DNA of 64,000 nt from the UHGV virus genome UHGV-1430452; one strand, 5' to 3'. This DNA is from a virus. The translations under genes and the position numbers were made by a program. Positions 16,469 through 25,206 of the stretch are shown here, piece by piece (positions within the stretch are counted from its first letter, which is position 1; each line of letters opens with the position of its first letter). The notes under the pieces are model-generated. The model did no database searches. It saw nothing but the letters and a program-made list of their open reading frames with translations, and was not told the DNA's origin.

Positions 16469-17023
16469 TTACTCCTTGAATAAATCCTGCGGTGCGTCAA
16501 CTGGAGCATCATAATCCAAATATGTATAATCTTGTGTCTCGTATCCTAATAAACTTAAAAATGTTCTTGTCGGGAATTTACGTACATAGCGATTGTATTC
16601 TTTTATCTGCTTATTATAGTTACTACGATATTCCGCGATAAGATTCTCTGTAATAGATAATTCATTCATTAGTTCTTTATAGTTTGAATCTGACTTCAAC
16701 TCAGGATATGCTTCAGATACTGCGGTAATAGCTGTCGTCACATTCTCAATGTCTCCTGTTTTACCTCGGCCTTCCACAATTGACTTAAGAGTCTCTGCTT
16801 CGTGTTTATCGTACTGCTTCACACAATCTGCCAGATTCATAACGAGATCTACTCTTCGTTTTTCCTGAACCTTGATATCAGAATCAGCACTGTTTACTTG
16901 TTCTTCTAGAGCAATTGCTTTGTTCTGAGAACTCTGGACTACAAATACACCTAATAAAATAACTGCCAGAATACCAGCAGCTACGATTAACATTACCTTC
17001 CAATTTTTATTATTTCCTTTCAT
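16469..17023 (-). CDS. lemA: LemA family protein
   Basis: N-terminal TM plus ALEEQVNSADSDIKVQEKRRVDLVMNL...AYPELKSDSNYKELMNELSITENLIAEYRSNYNKQIKEYNRYVRKFP. Start placed at MKGNN (GGAG RBS) rather than the ORF-track start at 17065. Confidence 0.8.
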   Translation of the reverse strand: MKGNNKNWKVMLIVAAGILAVILLGVFVVQSSQNKAIALEEQVNSADSDIKVQEKRRVDLVMNLADCVKQYDKHEAETLKSIVEGRGKTGDIENVTTAITAVSEAYPELKSDSNYKELMNELSITENLIAEYRSNYNKQIKEYNRYVRKFPTRTFLSLLGYETQDYTYLDYDAPVDAPQDLFKE

Positions 17024-17199
17024 TTTTTGATCTCCTTTTCTAAATATTTTTTGATTTCTTCGCAACGTTCTGCATGTTTACAAGTAATGTCTGTATTAGT
17101 GCAATATCTACCCATATCGCATTCCAATTCAGCTTTACTAACATACGGATCGAAGTCAGGACAATTATGACAATAATCCTCCACGAATAATTTGATCAT
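17020..17199 (-). CDS. small Cys-rich protein, 59 aa
   Basis: Hand-translated MIKLFVEDYCHNCPDFDPYVSKAELECDMGRYCTNTDITCKHAERCEEIKKYLEKEIKK. AGGAGG RBS. ATGA overlap with lemA. Confidence 0.55.
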   Translation of the reverse strand: MIKLFVEDYCHNCPDFDPYVSKAELECDMGRYCTNTDITCKHAERCEEIKKYLEKEIKK

Positions 17200-17268
17200 G
17201 TAATTCCTCCTTTCTTTAGTTTACTTATACAAAAAGAAAAAGAGCCCCACAATTGAGACTTTAATTCT

Positions 17269-17394
17269 CTAAAATATAAGTTCCAAAATTACATTGATGA
17301 TGCTCACACTGGTCCAAGCAATTGCTCCACCCGCATATAATGCTAATGCAAGTTTTCCTGCCTCAACCAAGTCTTTCTTAATATTTCTCAACAT
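17269..17394 (-). CDS. small membrane peptide, 41 aa
   Basis: Hand-translated MLRNIKKDLVEAGKLALALYAGGAIAWTSVSIINVILELIF. AAGGAGG RBS. Promoter motif at 17419-17446. Confidence 0.45.
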   Translation of the reverse strand: MLRNIKKDLVEAGKLALALYAGGAIAWTSVSIINVILELIF

Positions 17395-17573
17395 ACTTTT
17401 ATCCTCCTTAATATCTTTCTATAAAGAAGAATGTTTACTTCGCGAATACGGTCTTCTATAGAAACGTTCTTTCACTTTTTCTTCATGATCTTCATTTGCA
17501 AATTTGCTATATCGTATCGATTTGTTTTTAGATATATCTTCTCTCATGAAACGCTTATCTTTATATTCTTTTG

Positions 17574-17843
17574 TCACTGTTGACTATCCCCTTTCATCGC
17601 CGAACATATACGGCAATCATTGTTAGCTGCTCCGAAACAACCCTCACATTTATCGGTGTTTGTGCAGTCGAGTAATCCTAAGAAAATATAAAGTTTCTTC
17701 ATACAATCATTGCATAGATCAAGTTCGTCTATTACACTGCGGTTTTCTCTCAATATAGCCACCTTTGATGGAACTTCTCCATTTTTTATACTCACATTCT
17801 TGTCGTAATAGTTTCCGCATCTATCACATTTCTTAGCTTTCAT
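17574..17843 (-). CDS. zinc-ribbon protein, 89 aa
   Basis: CDRCGNYY...CNDC and CEGCFGAANNDCRIC cysteine pairs. Confidence 0.6.
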   Translation of the reverse strand: MKAKKCDRCGNYYDKNVSIKNGEVPSKVAILRENRSVIDELDLCNDCMKKLYIFLGLLDCTNTDKCEGCFGAANNDCRICSAMKGDSQQ

Positions 17844-17895
17844 TTAAACCTCCATTTCACTATAAATAATGAAAAACGAAAAGAGTAGCACCCGA

Positions 17896-18171
17896 TTATT
17901 GAGTGCCACCCTTGTCAATAAAGTACCTGTTAAATATAAATTTACGATACTTGGCTAATACTTCATAAGCTTCATAATCTGTAGAATATCCATGCAGTAT
18001 CCTGTCTGAGAAATTCTCAATAACAACTTTGAATGTCAAATCTTCGCTTTTTCTAACGATTAAGATCTCCAATTTATCATCATTAGTACTTCTCACAAAT
18101 ACACCAGCATGAACTTTTTCCTTCAGTTTTTCATGTAAAGCTTTGCTGAAAATATAACCATAATCTGTCAT
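17896..18171 (-). CDS. hypothetical protein, 91 aa
   Basis: Uninterrupted ORF preceded by promoter motif 18200-18227. No family recognised. Confidence 0.6.
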   Translation of the reverse strand: MTDYGYIFSKALHEKLKEKVHAGVFVRSTNDDKLEILIVRKSEDLTFKVVIENFSDRILHGYSTDYEAYEVLAKYRKFIFNRYFIDKGGTQ

Positions 18172-18254
18172 AAATTTGTTCTCCTTTTTACTGTATTTTC
18201 TATAAAGGAGTTTGTTTTATCCGCGAATATAACGCGAGCCGTGGAGAATGTTTC

Positions 18255-18422
18255 TTACGCGTACCATCTACTAACAGATTCATACACATCTACAAGTTCC
18301 TCGTAACCTAGTAGTCTAAGAAAATCACAAAGAATATCATCGGCATTCTCATGATCTTCTTCCGGATTCCCGGTAAAACAGTTGCATTTAATTCGCTCAA
18401 TTACTTCTGCTTCGTCAATCAC
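18255..18422 (-). CDS. hypothetical small protein, 55 aa (GTG start)
   Basis: AGGAGG RBS 7 nt upstream of GTG. Translation VIDEAEVIERIKCNCFTGNPEEDHENADDILCDFLRLLGYEELVDVYESVSRWYA. Confidence 0.45.
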   Translation of the reverse strand: MIDEAEVIERIKCNCFTGNPEEDHENADDILCDFLRLLGYEELVDVYESVSRWYA

Positions 18423-18437
18423 AGTAAGTCCTCCTTT

Positions 18438-18581
18438 CTATTCATCCAATTCAAAATCGTCACATGCAGACTGATCAGGTGATACGTCAGTATAAGATCT
18501 ACGGCAATAATGTTCGCCAGTAGCCATATTGTATCGACAGTGCTTGCAATCTAAGCATTCATAGTATTTTTCATCATTCAT
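18438..18581 (-). CDS. small Cys-rich protein, 47 aa
   Basis: MNDEKYYECLDCKHCRYNMATGEHYCRRSYTDVSPDQSACDDFELDE. ATGA overlap with the upstream gene. Confidence 0.5.
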   Translation of the reverse strand: MNDEKYYECLDCKHCRYNMATGEHYCRRSYTDVSPDQSACDDFELDE

Positions 18582-19231
18582 AACTCAACCTCAATAATTC
18601 TTTCTGGTTCAATGTCACTATCATCATCGATAAACACAGGCATAATCATACAAATACCAATACTTGTCTGAATAGTAATTGGTCTGCGTTTACCGTCAGG
18701 ATGATAAACCATAGCTTCTTTACCGTCATCGATAATTCCATAAGTCGCTTCCAACAATCCAATTTTGTAATAAGTACCGTCATAAAGCATTAGGTACTCA
18801 AACCCAGCTCCAACTTCTTTCTTAGTAAGTTTATAACCTCGACTCCTAGCCTCTGCAAATATCTTACTGAAATCTACTTTCCGTTTAATCCCCTCGAAAC
18901 TAATCAATCTAGTAACGTCAGGGTATTTCAAATTCTCCTTATCAAACAATTCGATTTCACCAATATCTTCGGTAGTTAATACCAAAGACCAAGAGTTAGT
19001 GAAAGAAATATAAGGTTTTCCTTCAAACTCAATTTCACAAGGCTTCTGGCAGCATTCTCTGGCATTGTTAGTATATGAGAAATACTTTTTCATAGCTGTG
19101 TAACGTTTCTTAGCATTCGGTTTAGACTTTAATGAATCTGCATAAATCTCGTCTTGTAATTTAGTCTTTAATTCATCAATCTTACCTTCATTAAGCATTT
19201 CCAATACTTTTACGCTTCTCATGGAAGTCAC
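18578..19231 (-). CDS. hypothetical protein, 217 aa (GTG start)
   Basis: Long uninterrupted ORF. No family recognised. Confidence 0.65.
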   Translation of the reverse strand: MTSMRSVKVLEMLNEGKIDELKTKLQDEIYADSLKSKPNAKKRYTAMKKYFSYTNNARECCQKPCEIEFEGKPYISFTNSWSLVLTTEDIGEIELFDKENLKYPDVTRLISFEGIKRKVDFSKIFAEARSRGYKLTKKEVGAGFEYLMLYDGTYYKIGLLEATYGIIDDGKEAMVYHPDGKRRPITIQTSIGICMIMPVFIDDDSDIEPERIIEVEL

Positions 19232-19274
19232 GTCCTTTAGTTATTTTGTCTCGGTCGTGCTAATAACTTATCGT

Positions 19275-19493
19275 TTATTGTTCTTTTCCTAATAAAATAC
19301 GCAATTCGCTAATTATCTGATCGCTCGTAACATCTCGATATGACCATGTACCAACCTCTTCTGGTAAAAATATAGTGGCCATAGTTGGACTTTTAATAAC
19401 GCCAAATAAGACGAGGATTTTATGGAGTTTACTGTTCATGCAGTTCTTTCTCCATAGATTCCATCGCCTTATATGCTTTATCAATTTATTCAT
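19275..19493 (-). CDS. hypothetical protein, 72 aa
   Basis: Start moved to MNKLIKH (AAAGGAGG RBS). The longer ORF-track version overlaps the upstream gene by 60 nt. Confidence 0.5.
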   Translation of the reverse strand: MNKLIKHIRRWNLWRKNCMNSKLHKILVLFGVIKSPTMATIFLPEEVGTWSYRDVTSDQIISELRILLGKEQ

Positions 19494-19507
19494 TAATCTC
19501 ACCTCCT

Positions 19508-19768
19508 TTATTTCGGAACCACAATCTTGTGTTTGCCTAACGAGTTCCTTAACACTTTCAATCCACAACTTTTAATTTGATCGAGTCCTTTGTTATACTC
19601 GACCAACTGAGCAGGATTTCCTCTCATATAAATAGCCCACATATCATCCAGGTTCTTCTCAAATTCCTGACGTCGAAACATGATTTCCATCATAAGGGTA
19701 TCCTTATATTCAGATGTGTTTTTATAAGCATCAAATACACCTCCAAAAATATCCTCAAACTGTCCCAT
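19508..19768 (-). CDS. hypothetical protein, 86 aa
   Basis: Uninterrupted coupled ORF. No family recognised. Confidence 0.6.
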   Translation of the reverse strand: MGQFEDIFGGVFDAYKNTSEYKDTLMMEIMFRRQEFEKNLDDMWAIYMRGNPAQLVEYNKGLDQIKSCGLKVLRNSLGKHKIVVPK

Positions 19769-19781
19769 TCACAGATCCTCC

Positions 19782-19997
19782 TTACACTCCATTAACAATC
19801 ATCGTATTAGGTCGTAAATACAAATCCCCATCCTCGGTTTCATCGAAGACAGGTTCACAACCGTTTTCAAAATGTGCTAGATTCAAATGTGATGGTAATA
19901 CCCAGTTACCGTTTTTCTCGTATACGATAACTCTGCCAGTCATACCGTCATAAATAACATTGGTGTGATCTTTGTCACTCATTTTTGCTCTCCTCAC
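19782..19997 (-). CDS. hypothetical protein, 71 aa
   Basis: Uninterrupted ORF. No family recognised. Confidence 0.55.
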   Translation of the reverse strand: MRRAKMSDKDHTNVIYDGMTGRVIVYEKNGNWVLPSHLNLAHFENGCEPVFDETEDGDLYLRPNTMIVNGV

Positions 19998-20379
19998 TAA
20001 CGAGTTTGATTTTGTAACCGAGCTTCTTTTCGATTTCTGCTATAGTCATCTCTTGAGGCTTTTCTTTTAGAGTATTAATGACATAAGCTGCTTTTTCGCA
20101 TTTGAGAGTCACACCATTTTTTCTAACAGCTACATCATCTCGCAATAAGTCAAAAGTATCAGAATCACGATTGATATAATAATCTAAAATAGCCATAGGA
20201 CCTACATGAAAGTCATGTTTAATAATCGGTAAATAGTCTGTTCGAATCTCTAAATCTAATTTAGGAATAATAAGCTCATATACACCACGTTCAGTTTCGT
20301 ACTCGTACACCAGTTTTAAATATAAACGATTATCCTCTTCAAACACTTTACGTTCCTTTAAAACTACATTTTTATTCAT
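19975..20379 (-). CDS. hypothetical protein, 134 aa
   Basis: Uninterrupted ORF abutting 20380..20592. No family recognised. Confidence 0.65.
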   Translation of the reverse strand: MNKNVVLKERKVFEEDNRLYLKLVYEYETERGVYELIIPKLDLEIRTDYLPIIKHDFHVGPMAILDYYINRDSDTFDLLRDDVAVRKNGVTLKCEKAAYVINTLKEKPQEMTIAEIEKKLGYKIKLVSEESKNE

Positions 20380-20592
20380 TTATTTCTCCTTTCTAGTCAG
20401 CACCTTTTCAAATATCAATCTGCCTTTAAATTGTTGTTTTGTCATACAACTTCCGTCATCGTTATCTATTGGATTCTCTATAGTTTCTTCACACTCTTTT
20501 CGGAATGCACAATAAAGACATTCTCGAAGTCTATCTTTATCTTCATCACTAAGAGCACGGATTGCTTTAATGACACTTATCACTTCACTCAT
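20380..20592 (-). CDS. hypothetical protein, 70 aa
   Basis: Uninterrupted ORF with an AGGAGG RBS embedded in the upstream gene's end. Confidence 0.55.
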   Translation of the reverse strand: MSEVISVIKAIRALSDEDKDRLRECLYCAFRKECEETIENPIDNDDGSCMTKQQFKGRLIFEKVLTRKEK

Positions 20593-20594
20593 CT

Positions 20595-20762
20595 CTACCT
20601 CCTATTTTTCATCATCCGTTCGAAGTCGTTAATAACTTCTTGCTGATGATTGATGATTCCGATCAACTCATTTACTTTTTGAACCAGAATCTTATCGGTA
20701 TGTCCGTATTCGTCTGATACATACCAAGGTTTATTAAGTCTGTTGATTTTCTTTTTAGGCAT
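20595..20762 (-). CDS. hypothetical small protein, 55 aa
   Basis: Hand-translated MPKKKINRLNKPWYVSDEYGHTDKILVQKVNELIGIINHQQEVINDFERMMKNRR. GGAGGG RBS. Confidence 0.5.
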   Translation of the reverse strand: MPKKKINRLNKPWYVSDEYGHTDKILVQKVNELIGIINHQQEVINDFERMMKNRR

Positions 20763-20805
20763 AATATCAACCCTCCTTTTTAAATCAGTCTCAGTTCCTT
20801 CAAAC

Positions 20806-20845
20806 AGAAAACAAAAAGAGTCCTAATCATTTCTGATTAAGACCC
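20806..20845 (-). terminator. intrinsic terminator (promoter-proximal)
   Basis: Minus strand GGGTCTTAATCAGAAATGATTAGGACTC hairpin followed by TTTTTGTTTTCT. It lies between promoter motif 20981-21009 and the next ATG at 20762. Confidence 0.75.
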
Positions 20846-20980
20846 TTTCCAAGAATAAGAATAGAGTTGCGCAAATCTAATGCCTTCGCGAGGGGGCGGC
20901 TTTTACACCGAGGACAGTCGCAACATTAGATATCTCTATCCTAAGCATAACTAATCCCTATCCATTTAATTATGCAGTTT
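20846..20980 (-). ncRNA. candidate structured leader / small RNA (~135 nt, locally GC-rich)
   Basis: It has its own promoter motif and terminator and no RBS-led ORF. Complementary segments ATCTAATG/CATTAGAT, GTTGCG/CGCAAC and CCTTCG/CGAGG. Confidence 0.45.
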
Positions 20981-21009
20981 CTCATAATAGGAATTGTATT
21001 TATCGCGAA
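20981..21009 (-). promoter_or_regulatory. phage promoter-like motif copy
   Basis: Plus strand ctcataataggaattgtatttatcgcgaa, preceded by terminator 21011-21036. Confidence 0.55.
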
Positions 21010-21041
21010 TAAAGAAAAGCCCCGGATAGAGGGCTTATCTA

Positions 21042-21398
21042 TTAAATCTTGTTTTTCTCTAAATAGAGTTCTTCAAGTTGTATAGTTAGTTCTTCTATCC
21101 GTGCTTGCCTTTCTGGAATTCTACTAAATTTATTAATGTTTATAGTATCATCCAATCTGCTTATAGATTCCTTTAACTCGTCAATTTCAAATATCACGCG
21201 CTTTATCTCTCTGTCGATACTTCTTTTTGCTACCGATGTAACCTTTCCTAGTCTAATGTCGATACTGTTCAGAATCTTAGTCTTATGATTCAACTTGCAT
21301 CCCATTATAACTAATCCAGTTCCGGCGACAGCTAATGATATCTCGATTTTATGCTCCTTGATATAGTCTTTAGCTTTGTTAAATTTTTCTTTCAGCAT
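21042..21398 (-). CDS. membrane-anchored coiled-coil protein, 118 aa
   Basis: KAKDYIKEHKIEISLAVAGTGLVIMGC N-terminus, paralogous to that of 6023..6406. Confidence 0.6.
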   Translation of the reverse strand: MLKEKFNKAKDYIKEHKIEISLAVAGTGLVIMGCKLNHKTKILNSIDIRLGKVTSVAKRSIDREIKRVIFEIDELKESISRLDDTININKFSRIPERQARIEELTIQLEELYLEKNKI

Positions 21399-21524
21399 AA
21401 TAAATACCTCCTTTAAATAACTTTAATGATTTCCATTAAAGGAGATGTTTACGACGCGAGATTAACACTTTTAGAAAAAGAAACAAAAAGAAAGACCCCA
21501 GCATTTCTGCCAGAGTCTATCTCT

Positions 21525-21971
21525 TTAAATATAGTCCAATATGTTTCCATCCACATTGAAGTCTAATAATGCCGTATTCTTATAACCATTGATAAAATCG
21601 AAATTACATTCATTCATTAAACCAAAATCTACGAAATTGTCTCCAATAGGATTCTCCTCGTCATAAACCCAGCCAACAACTGCTCCTGCTTTTGTTCTCG
21701 GAATGCCTAACGTATCGTAGACATCATTCAGAAATAAATGTCCTCTTGATCTCAGCAAAACATTACAATATTTCTGCTGATCTTTCAAAAAGTTCATATT
21801 ATACTCTGGATCTTTAATCCACCCAATACAGCTATCATCGAAAAACCTAGCATATTGACTAAAGTTTTCGGTTTTGTCAACCCTGTTTCCTGGATACTCT
21901 TCTTCTGATTTCAGATTGAATAATTTCTTTAATTCCTCATCATCAATTTCAATAGTTACATTAATCTTCAT
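21525..21971 (-). CDS. paralog-family protein (C-terminal domain shared with 44029..44967)
   Basis: FFDDSCIGWIKDPEYNMNFLKDQQKYCN...LNDVYDTLGIPRTKAGAVVGWVYDEENPIGDNFVDFG closely matches the 44029..44967 C-terminus. Start set at MKINV (AGGAG RBS). Confidence 0.65.
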   Translation of the reverse strand: MKINVTIEIDDEELKKLFNLKSEEEYPGNRVDKTENFSQYARFFDDSCIGWIKDPEYNMNFLKDQQKYCNVLLRSRGHLFLNDVYDTLGIPRTKAGAVVGWVYDEENPIGDNFVDFGLMNECNFDFINGYKNTALLDFNVDGNILDYI

Positions 21972-22032
21972 AATTATTCTCCTTTCAAATATAAACATAT
22001 TGTTTCATTAAAGGAGATGTTTACGACGCGAG

Positions 22033-22149
22033 TTATTTATGAAAGCCGATATCGCCGGCAATAGCAAATAAACCAGCAGCTATAATTAATGCAGGTTCAC
22101 TTGTCGCAAGATACAAAAATATTAATATTCCAGAAATTACCCATCCCAT
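22033..22149 (-). CDS. small membrane peptide, 38 aa
   Basis: Hand-translated MGWVISGILIFLYLATSEPALIIAAGLFAIAGDIGFHK. It overlaps the helicase stop. Confidence 0.4.
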   Translation of the reverse strand: MGWVISGILIFLYLATSEPALIIAAGLFAIAGDIGFHK

Positions 22150-23423
22150 TTACACCACCGCCTTTCATTAAATTTTCGCTTTTCATGCAGAGCTCTGGAT
22201 ATTGCTAGGTCAATACCACTCCTACTTTTTAGATGATAGTAATATAAATCTATGAATGGAGAATTAAGTCTATCGATCCTACCCTTTGCCTGGAGTAATG
22301 TCTTGTATGAATATGTTTGCGAATAAAATACGATACAGTTTGTTTTAATGCAATTGAAACCCTCGGCTCCTGCTGAATAATTTACCAGATAAATCCACTT
22401 CTCGCTTTCTGGTATAGCATCATGCTGGTGTCCGTTATATTCTGCAATAACCACATCTTCTCCATAATATAGATTCTTCAAGATATCCAGTTCGTAGTCG
22501 AATGAATAGAACACAATCATTCTTGGATGTTGTTCAAATATCTCTAATAGTTTTATCTGGCGTGATTCATCTGAATTAACGATTCTACGTAGAACATAGC
22601 AAAGCCCAGAAGCTTGTTGGATAGGTTCTTGTTTAAAAGGATCAAAACGAGTTCTAATAGCTTGCTTGTATTTATGGATGTCGTAAGTAGCCGAAATATC
22701 AATGTCATGAGGTACCGTATGTCTCTCGAAATCCATATCAATAAGAATCCGATCTCTTAAACGAATCAATCTCGTCTCATTACGATAACCTTCAACACTA
22801 GGATACTTTGTCCAACGAGAATATATAATGTGCTCTTGCCTGAATTCCGTTCTATTACGAAAGAATCCATTAGCCACAAATACCGTTTCGTAATCTGACC
22901 AATTATCACCTGGACTAGCTGATAGTATGATCCATTCGTTAAATTTAGCTATCTTTAAAAAAGCTTTACACCATGCGCCTTTACCAGTTAGCTTATCTTC
23001 GTCAAATATAAATACAGCATCTCGAACATCTGCATATTTCTTTATGCATTGCCAACTATCGATAAATATTTTGTTCCCATATCTAGTCTTTTTAGTATCT
23101 GGATCAGGATATAAAAGAAACGGCATCAATTCTTCTTCCCATTCAAGATCATTTTTTTTCTTTGCTGTGCTGATAATGTATAAATCTGGTGGATTAGGTT
23201 TCATTGGTTTGTACTCTTTATTACCTATGTATCCTCCGTTTTTAGAGAAATACCAATACAAAGCAGTTCTAGATTTCCCAGAACCTGTGCCACCGTTAAG
23301 AATGCAACCGCTGAACATACGATCTATAGCCTGCTGTTGATGTGGATAGAGAAAATCCGTTTTGGTTTGAGTTTTGTTGTAAGAAATAGTATGTCGATCT
23401 TTATAGCTCACTTCCAAAATCAC
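22137..23423 (-). CDS. SNF2/DEAD-like superfamily-2 helicase
   Basis: Walker A LNGGTGSGKS, motif II FIFDEDK, motif VI QAKGRIDR. Confidence 0.75.
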   Translation of the reverse strand: MILEVSYKDRHTISYNKTQTKTDFLYPHQQQAIDRMFSGCILNGGTGSGKSRTALYWYFSKNGGYIGNKEYKPMKPNPPDLYIISTAKKKNDLEWEEELMPFLLYPDPDTKKTRYGNKIFIDSWQCIKKYADVRDAVFIFDEDKLTGKGAWCKAFLKIAKFNEWIILSASPGDNWSDYETVFVANGFFRNRTEFRQEHIIYSRWTKYPSVEGYRNETRLIRLRDRILIDMDFERHTVPHDIDISATYDIHKYKQAIRTRFDPFKQEPIQQASGLCYVLRRIVNSDESRQIKLLEIFEQHPRMIVFYSFDYELDILKNLYYGEDVVIAEYNGHQHDAIPESEKWIYLVNYSAGAEGFNCIKTNCIVFYSQTYSYKTLLQAKGRIDRLNSPFIDLYYYHLKSRSGIDLAISRALHEKRKFNERRWCKWDG

Positions 23424-23605
23424 TCATCCTCCTTACCACTACCGGTCAACTTCCTATACAACTCCATGGCCTCTTCTCCCTGAAAAGCATTCAAAATATC
23501 GATAGTCTCGCCTTTCTTTTTCTTACCAACGACTAAAATAGCTGTATCAGGTCCGCCTTTCATATCAAAATCAACTGATACTAAAATAGAATCTGTTATT
23601 CTCAT
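23420..23605 (-). CDS. hypothetical protein, 61 aa
   Basis: Uninterrupted ORF with 4-nt overlaps on both sides. Confidence 0.55.
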   Translation of the reverse strand: MRITDSILVSVDFDMKGGPDTAILVVGKKKKGETIDILNAFQGEEAMELYRKLTGSGKEDE

Positions 23606-23865
23606 AATTCGTCCTCCAAATTTAATCTCGGAAAATGTTTATCTAATAGCTCCAAAAGTTTTTCTGCACATTCTGGACACATGTCTAGCCGTAAATGTTT
23701 GTGTCTATTATTTCTATCCTTGATAGTGAGCGATAACCAAGATTCATCATAAATAGGATCTAACGCAATTTTTTCGTCAATGACATGGTCAGCCTCAAAC
23801 CGTATCTTACACATATCGCAAGTATGTTTGATTTTTTTAAATTTTCTTCCTAAATCTGTCGCCAT
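23602..23865 (-). CDS. zinc-ribbon protein, 87 aa
   Basis: CDMCKIRF...CPECAEKL cysteine pairs. Confidence 0.6.
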   Translation of the reverse strand: MATDLGRKFKKIKHTCDMCKIRFEADHVIDEKIALDPIYDESWLSLTIKDRNNRHKHLRLDMCPECAEKLLELLDKHFPRLNLEDEL

Positions 23866-23937
23866 TTAAGTTACTCCCTTCTAAAATATAAACAAAAAGA
23901 AAGAGAGTCCAAATTAATGAACCCTCTCCTCCTGAAA

Positions 23938-24099
23938 CTATTCTTCAGTTTTGTTCTTCACGTTATGTCTCGTTTTCGTCACAGATCTCACTGTCTTGCA
24001 AACGTATCGTCCGATGCTCTCAACCACTACTCCCATTGCGAACATACCCCACACTGGAATATCAATTGTTTTGTCACCTTTCTTAATATGCATGTTCAT
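23938..24099 (-). CDS. small membrane protein, 53 aa
   Basis: Hand-translated MNMHIKKGDKTIDIPVWGMFAMGVVVESIGRYVCKTVRSVTKTRHNVKNKTEE. AGGAG RBS. Promoter motif at 24147-24174. Confidence 0.5.
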   Translation of the reverse strand: MNMHIKKGDKTIDIPVWGMFAMGVVVESIGRYVCKTVRSVTKTRHNVKNKTEE

Positions 24100-24215
24100 A
24101 ATCTGTTTCTCCTTTCATTGTTTGAATTTAACTTTTATGTATAGTTTCATAATAGCAAGTGCGAATATCGCGAATTTTTATGAGCGTGTATTTGATATGT
24201 ATTTTGCGCGAAATA

Positions 24216-24848
24216 TCAATATGGAATCTTCCACTTGCCTCCTACTTTCACAGCTCCTGGATGCAACCCCTGTCTACACTGTTTCTGAATTGTAGCTTTT
24301 GTACAACCTAATTTTTCAGCGAGTTCTTCTGCGGTAAGCATGATTACTTTTCTTTCTTCTGTATTGTCCTTGTTAACCGCGATCGAAAGTTTTGGTATAG
24401 TTAAATTATTAAGTGCTTGTTTTAATTCATCCAAAGCCGATAATTCTTCCTCCTCTTTTTCTTCCGGTAACCATTTCTTAAATACTTCATAATAGTTACC
24501 CTTATTTCCAAGAGCCTTCTTAGCAATTGCCATAGCCAGACCTTTCTCCGGATCGTAAATATCATCTTCTCCTGATTTTACGATAGTCTTAGTTCCATCT
24601 TCCCACAGAACTACAGTTACCGGATCATTGAAATATACTTTCTTAATTGTCATAGTGTTTTCTCTCCTCTCTGAACTTTCAACTCCAAACATTTTATTCA
24701 GAGCATGTTTAGCTAACATTTTCATTTCTTTATCAATATCCATAGCAAGTACCGGATTTATTAAAGTATTAGACTCGTAATGACTCCATCCGACACACCC
24801 CCTACATGCATAGGTGTTTTTATTTTTACATCCATAACAACTCAACAT
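24216..24848 (-). CDS. DNA-binding protein with C-terminal excisionase/MerR-type HTH
   Basis: C-terminal LTAEELAEKLGCTKATIQKQCRQGLHPGAVKVGGKWKIP. N-terminal Cys cluster CYGCKNKNTYACRGC. Confidence 0.6.
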   Translation of the reverse strand: MLSCYGCKNKNTYACRGCVGWSHYESNTLINPVLAMDIDKEMKMLAKHALNKMFGVESSERRENTMTIKKVYFNDPVTVVLWEDGTKTIVKSGEDDIYDPEKGLAMAIAKKALGNKGNYYEVFKKWLPEEKEEEELSALDELKQALNNLTIPKLSIAVNKDNTEERKVIMLTAEELAEKLGCTKATIQKQCRQGLHPGAVKVGGKWKIPY

Positions 24849-24988
24849 AATTTTATTTTCCTTTCTTAAATATCAATCTTTTACATAATGAAGACCCTCC
24901 CAAACTACGAGAGAGCCAAGTTACTCAAACGGATTATCTACCTTTGGCATTGTAAATCCCACTACGCATCACCTCACTTTGTTTTTTT

Positions 24989-25171
24989 TTATTCGTAAGC
25001 AGACATTTTTACAAAAGATTCGTCATGTTTGTTAAACTGTATGCTAGCATGACAATATGGTCCGTAAACTTCGATATATACATGTTTCGGATCAATACAT
25101 TCATAATAGCTATTTTCGTATTTGACACCCCATTTATTTAACCATTCTTTCCATTGTTCTAGATCTGTCAT
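24989..25171 (-). CDS. hypothetical protein, 60 aa
   Basis: Uninterrupted ORF. No family recognised. Confidence 0.5.
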   Translation of the reverse strand: MTDLEQWKEWLNKWGVKYENSYYECIDPKHVYIEVYGPYCHASIQFNKHDESFVKMSAYE

Positions 25172-25206
25172 AATATTATTCTCACTTTCTAAATATCAAC
25201 TCTAAC

